Notes under the pieces: generated by a model
What the model was told of the DNA's origin: nothing
What the model saw: the letters and a program-made list of their open reading frames with translations, nothing else
The model's database searches: none
Origin: Candidatus Levyibacteriota bacterium
GTDB taxonomy: Bacteria; Patescibacteriota; Microgenomatia; Levybacterales; UBA12049
Length of the DNA stretch: 64,000 nucleotides
Assembly (NCBI GenBank): GCA_027459745.1
Contig: DAIDHL010000001.1
Location: 168,290-232,289 of the forward strand
Direction of reading: 5' to 3'
In this document: piece after piece, positions 1-10,097 of the stretch
Numbering within the stretch: position 1 is the stretch's first letter
Layout of the letters: each line of letters starts with the position of its first letter
Translations under genes and position numbers: made by a program

Positions 1-1
1 T

Positions 2-163
2 TCTAGTAATCAATATACGGTGCAAAAGGGAGATAATTTATGGAATATAGCGGTTAGAGCTTACAACAATGGATATATGTGGACAAAAATTGCTCAATCG
101 AATCGGCTTGCAAATCCAAGTATTATTCATTCCGGTAATGTCCTGGTTATCCCCCGAAATTAA
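2..163 (+). CDS. LysM peptidoglycan-binding protein, C-terminal part (5' truncated by window)
   Basis: Manual translation of frame 2: YTVQKGDNLWNIAVRAYNNGYMWTKIAQSNRLANPSIIHSGNVLVIP, a classic LysM motif; TAA at 161-163; not in the ORF track. Confidence 0.85.
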   Translation, partial: SSNQYTVQKGDNLWNIAVRAYNNGYMWTKIAQSNRLANPSIIHSGNVLVIPRN

Positions 164-180
164 TTTCTATAATAAACTCG

Positions 181-208
181 TTGTATTTTTCTTCTATCCG
201 GCTATAAT
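181..208 (+). promoter_or_regulatory. sigma70-type promoter of tRNA-Gly
   Basis: TTGTAT(181-186)-16 nt-TATAAT(203-208), 17 nt upstream of the tRNA. Confidence 0.6.
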
Positions 209-225
209 AAGCAATTAGAAGTCTT

Positions 226-296
226 GCGGGATTAGTACACCGGTAGTATGATTCCTTCCCAAGGAATAGAAGCGAGTTCGACTCTCGTATCCCGCT
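226..296 (+). tRNA. tRNA-Gly(CCC), CCA not encoded
   Basis: Acceptor stem GCGGGAT/ATCCCGC, anticodon arm ATTCC-TTCCCAA-GGAAT, T arm GCGAG-TTCGACT-CTCGT, discriminator U. Confidence 0.95.
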
Positions 297-491
297 CATA
301 ATCAAATTACTTTTTTTTCATCTAACATCTAGCGTTTTTTCTGTAGGGGAGAAGGGATGTAATTTTAGAATGTTCAGTCCTCATAAATAATTGGTCAGAA
401 GTTTGATATGTACTTATATATTTTACTAAAGATGCTTAAAATACACGAATTTGTCTATTGACGACCTAATATTTATTTGTTAGTATAAATC

Positions 492-2171
492 GTGCCCCGC
501 AATAATTTAAAAAATAAAAAAACTAAATATATATTTATTTCAGGTGGCGTAATATCCGGTATTGGTAAAGGCCTCACTTCAGCTTCCATAGCTTTACTTT
601 TAAAATCAGCAGGTTATAAAGTTGTTCCTCTAAAGTTTGAGAACTATTTAAATGTAGACGCTGGCACAATTAACCCTATCGAGCATGGTGATCCTTTCTT
701 GTGCGAAGATGGCACAGAGGGTGATATGGACATGGGAACGTATGAAAAGTTTTTGGATATGGATATGGGGAAAGATAATTTCATTACTATTGGACGTATC
801 TATCAAACAGTTATCGATAGAGAACGACGATTTGAATATAACGGAGAAGATGTAGAAGCGATTCCTCATATTACTGATGAAATTCAGGCTCGTATTTTTC
901 ACTTGGCAAAAAAAACAGATGCCGATATTGTATTAATAGAGTTGGGAGGTACAGCTGGAGAGTATCAAAATGTCCTCTATTATGAAGCATCACGCATTTT
1001 GACATTGCGTAATCCGGGTGATGTGATTCATATACACGTTAGCTATATGCCCACACCAAGTCATTTGGGTGAACCGAAGACTAAGCCTACTCAATTATCT
1101 GTTAGAACTCTTAATGGTATGGGTATCCAACCTGATTTTATCGTTGCACGTTCTGAATCTCATTTGGATAAGCGCCGTCGTGACAGATTTGCGCTTTTCT
1201 GCAATATGCATGCAGATGATATTATCTCCAATCCTGATGTAGATACAGTTTATGAAATTCCTTTGATCTTGCATGAGCAAGGAATTGATAAAAGAATTCA
1301 ACAAAAACTGGGTTTTAAAGTAAAAGAGCCTAAATTGGATGCCTGGAAAGAGCATATTAAAAAAATCAAAGCTACAAAAACAAAAGAAATTACTATTGCT
1401 ATTGTAGGGAAATATTTTGGTACTGGCTCATATCAGTTAAGAGATTCTTACGCTGCGTTGTTTGATGCTATCTCTCATGCTGCGACAGAAAATGGAGTTA
1501 AAGTTAATACTATGTGGGTAGATGCAGAAAAAGTCGAGAAAGAAGGAGCCAAAAAAATCATTGGCCATCCAGACGGTATTATTGTACCTATCGGATGGGG
1601 AGAACGGGGAAGTGAAGGTATGATTGCTTCAGCTATTTATGCTCGTCGCGAAAAAATTCCTTACTTAGGATTGTGTTTTGGCATGCAGTTGGCAGTTGTG
1701 GCATTTGCTCGTGATGTTTTGGGTTGGAAGGATGCAAATACTGAAGAAATAAACCCTAAATCCAAACATAAAGTAATCCATTTCATCGAAGCACAAAAAG
1801 AATTAATTGCCCGTCGGGCTTATGGAGGGACGATGAGATTGGGAGGTTGGGAAGCTTTTGTCAAACAGGGTACACGGGCTTTTGAGATATATAAGAAATA
1901 TAACTCATTTATTGACGAAAAGACAGGTTTGACCAGTGAAAGACATCGACATCGCTATGAATTTAATAATGATTTCGCACAGGATTTTGAAAAAGCGGGA
2001 TTGGTAATATCAGCCAGGTCAGTTAAAGAAAACTTGGTTGAAATAGTTGAACTGCCCAAATCTGAGCATCCTTTCTTTTTAGGAACCCAAGGTCATCCCG
2101 AATACAAGAGTCGTCCTTTGCATCCGCATCCCATTTTTATTGAGTTCATCAAGGCATGCGCGAAGAAATAA
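492..2171 (+). CDS. pyrG: CTP synthase
   Basis: GGVISGIGKG, NVDAGT, KTKPTQ, GLCFGMQ, ERHRHRYE and GHPEYKS motifs. Confidence 0.97.
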   Translation: MPRNNLKNKKTKYIFISGGVISGIGKGLTSASIALLLKSAGYKVVPLKFENYLNVDAGTINPIEHGDPFLCEDGTEGDMDMGTYEKFLDMDMGKDNFITIGRIYQTVIDRERRFEYNGEDVEAIPHITDEIQARIFHLAKKTDADIVLIELGGTAGEYQNVLYYEASRILTLRNPGDVIHIHVSYMPTPSHLGEPKTKPTQLSVRTLNGMGIQPDFIVARSESHLDKRRRDRFALFCNMHADDIISNPDVDTVYEIPLILHEQGIDKRIQQKLGFKVKEPKLDAWKEHIKKIKATKTKEITIAIVGKYFGTGSYQLRDSYAALFDAISHAATENGVKVNTMWVDAEKVEKEGAKKIIGHPDGIIVPIGWGERGSEGMIASAIYARREKIPYLGLCFGMQLAVVAFARDVLGWKDANTEEINPKSKHKVIHFIEAQKELIARRAYGGTMRLGGWEAFVKQGTRAFEIYKKYNSFIDEKTGLTSERHRHRYEFNNDFAQDFEKAGLVISARSVKENLVEIVELPKSEHPFFLGTQGHPEYKSRPLHPHPIFIEFIKACAKK

Positions 2172-2237
2172 TCTAGCCACTTATTGATTTTAGCAAGGGA
2201 TCTTGAGGAATTTTAGAATTTCCGCTATAATACCACT

Positions 2238-2522
2238 ATGCAACAGATAAATTTTGCAGCCGGAGACAGAATTAGAGTTCATCAGAAGATTCAGGAAGGC
2301 GATAAATCTCGCATTCAGGTCTTTGAAGGGATAGTTTTATCCATCAAAGGACGAGGTATAAATAAGACCCTTCAGGTTCAAAAAATGGTTGGGGATATTG
2401 CTGTAGAAAGAATTTGGCCTTTAGCCTCTCCTAATATTGAAAAAATTGAATTAAGAGAAAAATCTAAAAAGAAAATTAGACGAGCCCACTTAAATTATCT
2501 GCGTCTTCCAAAAATTAGTTAA
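2238..2522 (+). CDS. rplS: 50S ribosomal protein L19
   Basis: [31 protein letters not shown]. Confidence 0.93.
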   Translation: MQQINFAAGDRIRVHQKIQEGDKSRIQVFEGIVLSIKGRGINKTLQVQKMVGDIAVERIWPLASPNIEKIELREKSKKKIRRAHLNYLRLPKIS

Positions 2523-2537
2523 TTTTTATAGATTCCT

Positions 2538-2849
2538 TTGTTTTTTATGAAAGAGTCTTTTCCGATACCCTCGTATTCGCAACCTAAAATTCGTAGTTTA
2601 AGACAACAGCTTCTTGATACTGAGCTTTATCCAGACTCAAATAGTCCATCCAGAACAAGAGGACTTATGAGGAGTATTATCGTTATTATGAGTGAGGAAC
2701 ATCCTAAAATTACTCATACGAGTCAAAAATTAGCAAGATTAGCTATACTTAAAAATGCAAGAAGTAATTGGAGTTCGAGAAATCAAGATGTTTTACCTCA
2801 TTTGGACAAGATAATAAACATTATTCAAAGAGACTTACAAAGGGTATAA
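2538..2849 (+). CDS. hypothetical protein
   Basis: 103-aa ORF filling the gap between rplS and YraN; no recognisable motif. Confidence 0.5.
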   Translation: MFFMKESFPIPSYSQPKIRSLRQQLLDTELYPDSNSPSRTRGLMRSIIVIMSEEHPKITHTSQKLARLAILKNARSNWSSRNQDVLPHLDKIINIIQRDLQRV

Positions 2850-2856
2850 TAAGCTC

Positions 2857-3228
2857 ATGAATAAATTAGGAGTATTAGGAGAGATGTACGCTACGAGCTA
2901 TCTTAAGAAAAATAATTATAGAATCATGGCTCGTAACTTCCGCTTGCGTAATGGAGAAATAGATATTATTGGCATTGAGAACCCGGATAGTTTGAAAAAC
3001 AACACTTTAGTATTTTTTGAGGTGAAAACACGCACAACCGAAGAATTTGGTACTCCTCTGGAATCAATCACTTATTTCAAAATCAAAGCATTAACTAGAT
3101 CAGCTGAGGTCTATAAAGCGTCTCATCACAATTTGCCCGATGCTATGCGCATTGATGCTATAGCTGTTATTCTTACCCCACTTGGAGAATTAGTTAATAT
3201 AGAGCACGTGAAGAATATATCAGGTTGA
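2857..3228 (+). CDS. YraN family (UPF0102) endonuclease-like protein
   Basis: LG..GE..A, RNFR...GEIDII, FEVKTR, RIDAI. Confidence 0.9.
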   Translation: MNKLGVLGEMYATSYLKKNNYRIMARNFRLRNGEIDIIGIENPDSLKNNTLVFFEVKTRTTEEFGTPLESITYFKIKALTRSAEVYKASHHNLPDAMRIDAIAVILTPLGELVNIEHVKNISG

Positions 3229-3379
3229 ATAATATCAAATTTTTATATCTAAACAGATCTCTAACCGGCGGCAGGTAGGAAAATGTTTATACTTAAAATA
3301 CAAAAATGAACTCGTTTCACTAGTTATTTTGAGCTTAAATATGTTGAGGATTTAAGTATTGGGGTGCAGAAATTACTAA

Positions 3380-5374
3380 TTAGTTGAGTTTTTTAATCTG
3401 GTCGCGGATTTTCATGGCTGTTTCAAAATCCAGGTGGTCAGCAGCGATTCTCATTTCTTTTCTAAGTTTACTCAGTAAATCTTTCTTTTCATCAGGCAAC
3501 AATACTTCTTTCTGTCCCAGCTGGATCAGAGTATCTAAGGTTTCGACTTCCTCGTCTTCGATTATACGATCTATAAGTTTAGCTCTGACCGCTTTTTCAA
3601 TAGTTGTAGGTGTAATATCATGATCTTTGTTGTACTGAATTTGAATTTTTCTTCTTCTTTCGACTTCTTCCATAGCTGCCTTCATTGAATCAGTCATTCT
3701 ATCTGCATAAAGTATGACTTGGGCATCTACATTACGTGCTGCTCTTCCCATAGTTTGAATCAATGAGCTGCGACTACGCAAAAACCCTTCCTTGTCTGCA
3801 TCAAGTATTATAACCAGCGAAACTTCTGGTAAATCCAAACCTTCACGCAAAAGATTTATGCCCACCAATACATCAAATTCACCCAAACGCAAACTATCTA
3901 ACAGGTCTTGTCGATCAAGAGTTTCTACATCAGAGTGAATATAGGCAACCTTAACTTGCTTTTCCTGTAAATAACTAGTGAGTTCTTCCGCCATGCGTTT
4001 GGTCAAAGTTGTAATTAAAACACGTTGTTTCTTACTAACTCTTTTTTCTATTTCTTTAAGTACATCCGGAATTTGTCCTTCTGTGGGACGTACAAACACT
4101 TCCGGATCTACTAACCCTGTTGGTCGAATAAGTTGTTCTACTACTCCATGCTCAGTCTCTTGAGCCAAGGAAAGCTCATATTCATTGGGGGTGGCGCTAA
4201 CGAATACCATCTGGTGGGCTTTACGCATAAATTCATCATACTTTAGAGGACGATTGTCTAGTGCGGATGGTAGACGGAAACCATAATCAATCAACACACT
4301 TTTTCGAGATTGATCCCCATTGTACATACCACGAATTTGTGGCAAAGTAATGTGGGATTCATCGACGATTAATAACCAATCTTTACTTGCATGTTCAAAA
4401 TAATCAATCAAAGTGTAAGGTGGAGTACCTTTGGCACGATTTTCAAAGTATATAGAATAATTTTCTATTCCGTTAACATAGCCAACTTCGCGGATCATTT
4501 CCAAGTCAAAATTAGTTCTTTGAGCTAATCTCTGAGCTTCCAGTAATTTATCCTGAGATCTTAACTCTCCAACTCTTTTGTCCAAATCTGCTTTGATGCG
4601 TTTAAATGCATCATCATAGGTACGCGGATCAGTCATGTAATGTTTGGCGGGATAAATCACGGTTTTATGAATAATTTCTATCACGTCCCCACTCAAAGGA
4701 TCAAATCTTTGCATCGAGGATAATGAATTTTCATTAATTTCCATGCGGATGCCGTCGTCCATATAAGCAGGGAATAGTTCAATTGAGCCTCCCCTGACAC
4801 GAAATGTGCCGCGTTTGAATTCATAATCATTACGGTCATATTGCAGGTCGGTCAAGCGAACTAGAATATCACGTTGTTCGATCTTCATACCCTCCATTAA
4901 CTCAAGAACAAATTTGCCATATTCAACAGGAGAGCCAAGATTATAAATACATGAGACGGATGCGACTACTATGACATCCTTGCGGGTTAACAGATTCGTA
5001 GTAGCAGACAAACGTAGTTTATCAATTTCATCATTAATTTCAGCTTCTTTCTCTATATAGGTATCACTGCGCGGGACATAAGCCTCAGGTTGATAATAAT
5101 CGTAATAAGAAACAAAATAAGACACAGCATTGTCAGGAAAAAAATCTCTAAATTCTTGGTAAAGTTGTCCAGCCAATGTTTTATTATGCGAAATAATTAA
5201 GGTAGGTCGTTGTAGTTTTTGAATTACATTGGCCATTGTAAAAGTTTTTCCACTGCCTGTAACTCCGAGTAAAACTTGATGTTTAGCATTATGTTCAAGG
5301 TTTTCGGTAAGTAGTTTAATGGCCTGGGGTTGATCTCCAGTTGGCTTAAATTTCGAGGCTAATTTGAACTGCAT
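3380..5374 (-). CDS. uvrB: Excinuclease ABC subunit B
   Basis: PTGDQP, GVTGSGKT, YYDYYQPEAY, DESH, GINLLREGLD, C-terminal UVR domain. Confidence 0.97.
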   Translation of the reverse strand: MQFKLASKFKPTGDQPQAIKLLTENLEHNAKHQVLLGVTGSGKTFTMANVIQKLQRPTLIISHNKTLAGQLYQEFRDFFPDNAVSYFVSYYDYYQPEAYVPRSDTYIEKEAEINDEIDKLRLSATTNLLTRKDVIVVASVSCIYNLGSPVEYGKFVLELMEGMKIEQRDILVRLTDLQYDRNDYEFKRGTFRVRGGSIELFPAYMDDGIRMEINENSLSSMQRFDPLSGDVIEIIHKTVIYPAKHYMTDPRTYDDAFKRIKADLDKRVGELRSQDKLLEAQRLAQRTNFDLEMIREVGYVNGIENYSIYFENRAKGTPPYTLIDYFEHASKDWLLIVDESHITLPQIRGMYNGDQSRKSVLIDYGFRLPSALDNRPLKYDEFMRKAHQMVFVSATPNEYELSLAQETEHGVVEQLIRPTGLVDPEVFVRPTEGQIPDVLKEIEKRVSKKQRVLITTLTKRMAEELTSYLQEKQVKVAYIHSDVETLDRQDLLDSLRLGEFDVLVGINLLREGLDLPEVSLVIILDADKEGFLRSRSSLIQTMGRAARNVDAQVILYADRMTDSMKAAMEEVERRRKIQIQYNKDHDITPTTIEKAVRAKLIDRIIEDEEVETLDTLIQLGQKEVLLPDEKKDLLSKLRKEMRIAADHLDFETAMKIRDQIKKLN

Positions 5375-5476
5375 CGTCCTGACAGTATAGCATATTAAGT
5401 AAAAAGTGGAATATTGCCAGAACGAATTTGAGAGCTAATGCATATTTCACTTCTCATCATTTTAAGTTGAAGTCTC

Positions 5477-6217
5477 TTATGAAGTATAGGGCAAAATAGG
5501 ACCCGAAGGTAGAGTGGATGGGGGTGCGGGTATGGTTGTGGATGACTCTATAATTGTTTTTAGGCGGGAGAGCGCTCCTAAAGCTTCTTCTAACGAGGTG
5601 AAGCGCGAATTTTTATCTGCTTGCTCTAAATTATGCTGAGTAGACTCTCGATTAATGTGATGAGTTGTTCTGATCGGACTTATTTGAGGGCTGCTCTTTT
5701 TTTTCAAAAAAACTAATAAACTTTGTTTAGTTTGATCTGGGGCTTCATGGAAAAAAATATCAATACTTTTTAAAAAGGCATATGAATCCTTATCGTCATC
5801 TGAAAATGATCTTTGTGGAAGTAATAACGATGTCCTGCTTCCCATCAATCTTATAAGCATAACACGCATACGATCTTTCATTTCTTGAATAGACCATTCT
5901 TCGCTAGATTGATTATGTGAATTTGAGAACGAAGTAAATTTAATCGCTATGGTGGGCCCAGAATGACTTTTATTCATTTTAAGATGCGTTAGAACATTTA
6001 AATTATTAAAAACAGTCTCACCATTCCAAGACGAGAATTTGAATCTCCCACTAGCTAAATCTACGGGGGGGACGAATAGTCGGTTAAGATACTCTTGAGT
6101 AATTAAGGCATTAGATGGAATGAAATAAGAAATGTTATCTTGGGTGGGTTCGGGGGCAGGAACTGTTCGCTGCAACAATGCCCAAAGCCCTTTTATATTT
6201 GGTTTTTCATTTGACAC
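5477..6217 (-). CDS. hypothetical protein
   Basis: 246-aa ORF; TAAAAT lies 6 nt before the GTG start (leaderless pattern). Confidence 0.6.
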   Translation of the reverse strand: MSNEKPNIKGLWALLQRTVPAPEPTQDNISYFIPSNALITQEYLNRLFVPPVDLASGRFKFSSWNGETVFNNLNVLTHLKMNKSHSGPTIAIKFTSFSNSHNQSSEEWSIQEMKDRMRVMLIRLMGSRTSLLLPQRSFSDDDKDSYAFLKSIDIFFHEAPDQTKQSLLVFLKKKSSPQISPIRTTHHINRESTQHNLEQADKNSRFTSLEEALGALSRLKTIIESSTTIPAPPSTLPSGPILPYTS

Positions 6218-6305
6218 TCTGAAATTTTAGAACAATCCAGCCATAATGGCAAGTTTAACAATAAATTTTGACTATCTTTGTATCACTTTGTCTGATTGAC
6301 GAAAT

Positions 6306-6323
6306 TATACGAAATGTCGTATA
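6306..6323. promoter_or_regulatory. candidate LexA operator overlapping the lexA promoter
   Basis: Palindrome TATACGA-AATG-TCGTATA between TTGACG (6296-6301) and TATATT (6320-6325). Confidence 0.7.
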
Positions 6324-6334
6324 TTTTACTAACT

Positions 6335-6961
6335 ATGCCGGGTGTACTATATCGCAAGGAACGTGAATTATTAACATTTTTAGCCCAGTTTCAAAAACAA
6401 TACGGTTATTCTCCAACTCTTAAGGAAATGGCACAAGCAACCGGACATAGCAGTGTTTCTACTGTGCATACCATTATTCGTAATTTAGTTGACAAAGGAT
6501 ATATAAAAAAAGACGAAGGGAATACACGTGCTTTAAGAATCTTGCCAGATGCATTTGCTGTCCCTGAAGCCGGAGTAGTGCGTTCTATTGAGCTTCCTTT
6601 GATGGGTTATATTGCTGCAGGCAGACCTTTAGAACCCCATACTGATCCTAATGCTACCTTTCACGTTTCAGCATCTATGATTTCCGGACATAAGACAGCT
6701 TATGTTTTACAAGTTAAGGGTGAGTCGATGATTGAAGATGGTATTATGGATGGAGACTATGTGGTTATTGAGCGAGTTGCGGATGCAACTAATGGCGAAA
6801 TTGTTGTTGCATTGGTGGATGACAACTTAGCAACCTTAAAAAGATTTTATAAAGAGGGTGGTAAGGTCATTTTGCGACCGGCCAATTCAACTATGGAACC
6901 TATTTACCCTAACACCTGTAAAATTCAAGGTAAAGTAGTGGGGTTAGTTCGCAGATTTTAA
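6335..6961 (+). CDS. lexA: LexA repressor
   Basis: wHTH (GYSPTLKEM), IAAG cleavage site, GESM catalytic Ser, TLKR catalytic Lys; ATG 6335 preferred because the upstream TTG is the -35 box. Confidence 0.95.
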   Translation: MPGVLYRKERELLTFLAQFQKQYGYSPTLKEMAQATGHSSVSTVHTIIRNLVDKGYIKKDEGNTRALRILPDAFAVPEAGVVRSIELPLMGYIAAGRPLEPHTDPNATFHVSASMISGHKTAYVLQVKGESMIEDGIMDGDYVVIERVADATNGEIVVALVDDNLATLKRFYKEGGKVILRPANSTMEPIYPNTCKIQGKVVGLVRRF

Positions 6962-6962
6962 T

Positions 6963-7847
6963 CTACTTATTTAATTGTTGCTGCAGGAAAGGGAAAACCA
7001 CTTTTCTATATTGTTCTGGATGGAGTTTATAAGTTTCAATATGGTTACCTCCATAAAATATTTCTAACTTACTTTGTGGGTTGGCTTTAGCCAGTAACGC
7101 CCTTGCATCATTTACAGGTATGGTCGTATCACCATTAGATTGCAAGAATAAGAAAACTCGATTAGGAACCATGGCAACATGGTCGATAGGGTTTATCTGA
7201 TTTACATCAACATGATAAATATATTTCATGGCCATAAAAGTACCAGGCACAAAAATAGGCCAAACTCCGTTTTGTTGTATTAAAACATTAGCAATAATTG
7301 GTTTCATTCTAGCGGCTGAGCTATCTATAACTAAAGCTCCTATATCTTGTAATTTATCGGCTGCCATCAGAATAGAGATTGCCCCCATAGAGTCGCCGAT
7401 AATGCCTATATCTTTGCCTAAAAATCCTTTTTGTTTGGCAAAATTGGCTACCGCTACTACATCCTGACTTTCCAAGAGACCCTGAGTAACGTTACCCGTA
7501 GATTCACCATGCCCGCGGCTGTCATACATAATTAAAGCATATCCCTGTGCATTTAATTCCCTTGCCAAATCAACACCAAAGTAATCTACATTAGCACGAA
7601 TCTGTTTTATACCTGTTACTAAAATGATCAATTTCCCATTAGTACCTGGGAAAAACCAACCTTTAAGTACTGCTCCTTGCGCACCATTAACTGTGATATC
7701 TTCATGAGTTGGAGCTACAAGGTCTGCAGAAACATTAATTTTTTGTGGATAAGATGCTAACACACGTGAGGCAAGATAGACAGAAAAAGCTGTATATATT
7801 ACTACAATTATTAAAACAATTACCAAAATCATAAATATTCTGGACAT
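6963..7847 (-). CDS. membrane-anchored alpha/beta hydrolase
   Basis: N-terminal TM helix, DSRGHGES, GDSMG nucleophile elbow, D and H of the triad near the C-terminus; start placed at MSRIF. Confidence 0.85.
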   Translation of the reverse strand: MSRIFMILVIVLIIVVIYTAFSVYLASRVLASYPQKINVSADLVAPTHEDITVNGAQGAVLKGWFFPGTNGKLIILVTGIKQIRANVDYFGVDLARELNAQGYALIMYDSRGHGESTGNVTQGLLESQDVVAVANFAKQKGFLGKDIGIIGDSMGAISILMAADKLQDIGALVIDSSAARMKPIIANVLIQQNGVWPIFVPGTFMAMKYIYHVDVNQINPIDHVAMVPNRVFLFLQSNGDTTIPVNDARALLAKANPQSKLEIFYGGNHIETYKLHPEQYRKVVFPFLQQQLNK

Positions 7848-7848
7848 T

Positions 7849-8478
7849 TTACTTTTTGAAGAGTTTTTTACGAATCTCAAGTTTATGATCTAGGTACCAA
7901 ATAACAGCCAGAACCAATAGAATAACGATGACTAGCTCTAGTTGACGAAACAAGCCGCTTAATGATTGCCACTTGGTACCCAAATAAACACCAATAAAAG
8001 TTAACAATGAACTATATATTATAGAACCAATAGCAGCATAGGTTATAAACTTCCATACATTCATTTCAAATACTCCTGCAGGAAGAGAAATAATCCAGCG
8101 TACCCCAGGTAACAATTTGCCTATCAAAACCATCTTGTCGCCGTATTTTTTAAACCAGTTAGCAGCATGTTCATACTCGCGATCACTTAGAAGTACATAT
8201 TTGCCATGCTTTTTGATTAAATTTAAAATCACTTTCTCTTCGAGAAAGAAACCAATAAAATATGGCACAAGTGAGCCTAAAACATCAGCGATTACTGCAA
8301 TAGGCACCACAATAAAATAGTTTAACTTTCCTGAAAAAACCAAAAAGCCTGAAAAGGGTAAAACTATTTCTGAAGGAATAGGAAAGACGGATGAACCAAT
8401 CGCTACTAGGGCAAAAATTCCACCATAGCCTCCCGCTTGAATAAAATGTATAATAAACCCTGATAACATCTCGAGCAT
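7849..8478 (-). CDS. DedA/VTT family membrane protein
   Basis: PIPSEIVLPFSGF, WFKKYG, LLPGVR..ISLPAG. Confidence 0.92.
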   Translation of the reverse strand: MLEMLSGFIIHFIQAGGYGGIFALVAIGSSVFPIPSEIVLPFSGFLVFSGKLNYFIVVPIAVIADVLGSLVPYFIGFFLEEKVILNLIKKHGKYVLLSDREYEHAANWFKKYGDKMVLIGKLLPGVRWIISLPAGVFEMNVWKFITYAAIGSIIYSSLLTFIGVYLGTKWQSLSGLFRQLELVIVILLVLAVIWYLDHKLEIRKKLFKK

Positions 8479-9189
8479 ATGGGGATATTGTACATTGTTC
8501 CAACACCAATTGGCAATCTGGAAGATATAACAATTCGCAGTTTGAATTTGTTATTTTCTGCACAATATATAGCTTGTGAAGATACCAGGAAAACCGGTCA
8601 GTTGTTAAAATTACTTAAAGAAAAGTTTTCTACTAATCCAGAAGAAAAAGTAGATCAGCCTCAACTTATTTCATATTACGAACAAAATGAATTTGTACGA
8701 ATACCTGGAATAGTGAACGTATTAAAAAACGATTTTGATGTAGTATTGGTATCCGACGCAGGAACTCCGCTGGTTTCTGATCCGGGTTTTCGTTTGGTCA
8801 AGGCGTGTTATGAAAATAATATAAAAGTGGTATCTCTTCCTGGGCCCAGTGCAGTGACTACGGCTCTAGCTGCATCCGGATTACCCTCAGATAAATTTAC
8901 TTTTCTGGGTTATCCCCCCCATAAACCAGGTCATCGAAAAACATTTTATGAGAATATTAAGCAATCAGCTGAAATTATTTCTTCTACGTTTATCATATTT
9001 GAAGCGCCACATAAGCTTCGCAAAACACTAGAAGAAATTAGCGAAACTTTAGGTGACATTGAAATCGTAATTGCGAGAGAGTTGAGCAAGGTTCATGAGG
9101 AAGTTAGTAAAAAAACTATTAGTCAATATTTATTGTATTATAAAAAACGTGAACCTAAAGGAGAGATAGTGTTACTTTTTCATATATGA
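8479..9189 (+). CDS. rsmI: 16S rRNA (cytidine(1402)-2'-O)-methyltransferase
   Basis: LYIVPTPIGNLEDIT, CEDTR, SDAGTPLVSDPG, RELSKVHEE. Confidence 0.95.
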   Translation: MGILYIVPTPIGNLEDITIRSLNLLFSAQYIACEDTRKTGQLLKLLKEKFSTNPEEKVDQPQLISYYEQNEFVRIPGIVNVLKNDFDVVLVSDAGTPLVSDPGFRLVKACYENNIKVVSLPGPSAVTTALAASGLPSDKFTFLGYPPHKPGHRKTFYENIKQSAEIISSTFIIFEAPHKLRKTLEEISETLGDIEIVIARELSKVHEEVSKKTISQYLLYYKKREPKGEIVLLFHI

Positions 9190-9713
9190 CAGAAATTGAA
9201 TTAGAAAAAACTTATTTAGCAAAATATATCCCAGATGATCTGACATCATTTCCTTATGTAGATTTGGTCGATATTTATATGCCCAAAAATACTCCACATC
9301 CACATTTAAGGTTAAGAAAAAGAGGTGAGCAATATTCAATCACTCGTAAGACTCAAACGCAGGAACAAGATGCAAGTAAGCATATAGAAGAAACAATTGT
9401 TTTAACAGAAGATGAATTTGCTGCTTTATCAGTGGTCGAAGGTTTTAAAACCCACAAAGCGCGTTATAAATATAAATGGCAAGGTCAAGAGTTTGAGATT
9501 GATGTGTTTTTGGACAATTTGGCTGGCTTAGTTTTGGTTGATAAAGAATTTAATACAGAAAAAGAATTAAATAACTTTCAAATACCTGAGTTTTGTTTGG
9601 ACGACGTAACCGATGAAGAACTTCTAGCTGGGGGGATGTTAGCGGGCAAAAAATATTTAGAAATTTCTAACTTACTTGATAAATTTAATTATAAACCACT
9701 ACGCTTAGAATAA
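9186..9713 (+). CDS. CYTH domain protein
   Basis: EIELEK, LRLRK, EIDVF, LVLVDKEF. Confidence 0.8.
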   Translation: MTEIELEKTYLAKYIPDDLTSFPYVDLVDIYMPKNTPHPHLRLRKRGEQYSITRKTQTQEQDASKHIEETIVLTEDEFAALSVVEGFKTHKARYKYKWQGQEFEIDVFLDNLAGLVLVDKEFNTEKELNNFQIPEFCLDDVTDEELLAGGMLAGKKYLEISNLLDKFNYKPLRLE

Positions 9714-9716
9714 AAC

Positions 9717-10094
9717 TTATCGAGGTTTATGAGGAGAAAAAGGCATAAGATATCTTTTTTTATATCGGTCAAGTCCATTAGCAATGTCGAAAATATCAGA
9801 GTTATAAGATTCAATTATTGCTTTTGTTATGCCTACTTTGCTTAGGTATACTGTCCGTGCATCCATTTGCACATCTTCACTGTTTAACAAAAAATCTTCA
9901 ACTTTAAATAAGAAACTTTCTTCGTAATGTGGCTGATTACTTATTCTTCTTCGTAATATATCTAAAGGGACTACAGTATATGATCCGTTAATTCCGGGTT
10001 GTTTATTAATTGCATCAAATGTAATTGCGCTTTGTTTGGCATTTACAAAAAGGTTAGACCCCATAACTGTTTCATATAGATCTGGTTTTAACAT
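9717..10094 (-). CDS. hypothetical protein
   Basis: 125-aa ORF directly downstream of acs. Confidence 0.55.
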   Translation of the reverse strand: MLKPDLYETVMGSNLFVNAKQSAITFDAINKQPGINGSYTVVPLDILRRRISNQPHYEESFLFKVEDFLLNSEDVQMDARTVYLSKVGITKAIIESYNSDIFDIANGLDRYKKRYLMPFSPHKPR

Positions 10095-10097
10095 AAT

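Noticed and set aside
3229-3379. Possible ncRNA between YraN and uvrB
   Set aside because: Only a weak AT-rich inverted repeat (CTTAAAT/ATTTAAG) between convergent genes; no recognisable family
5375-5476. LexA box upstream of uvrB
   Set aside because: No match to the lexA-promoter dyad was visible
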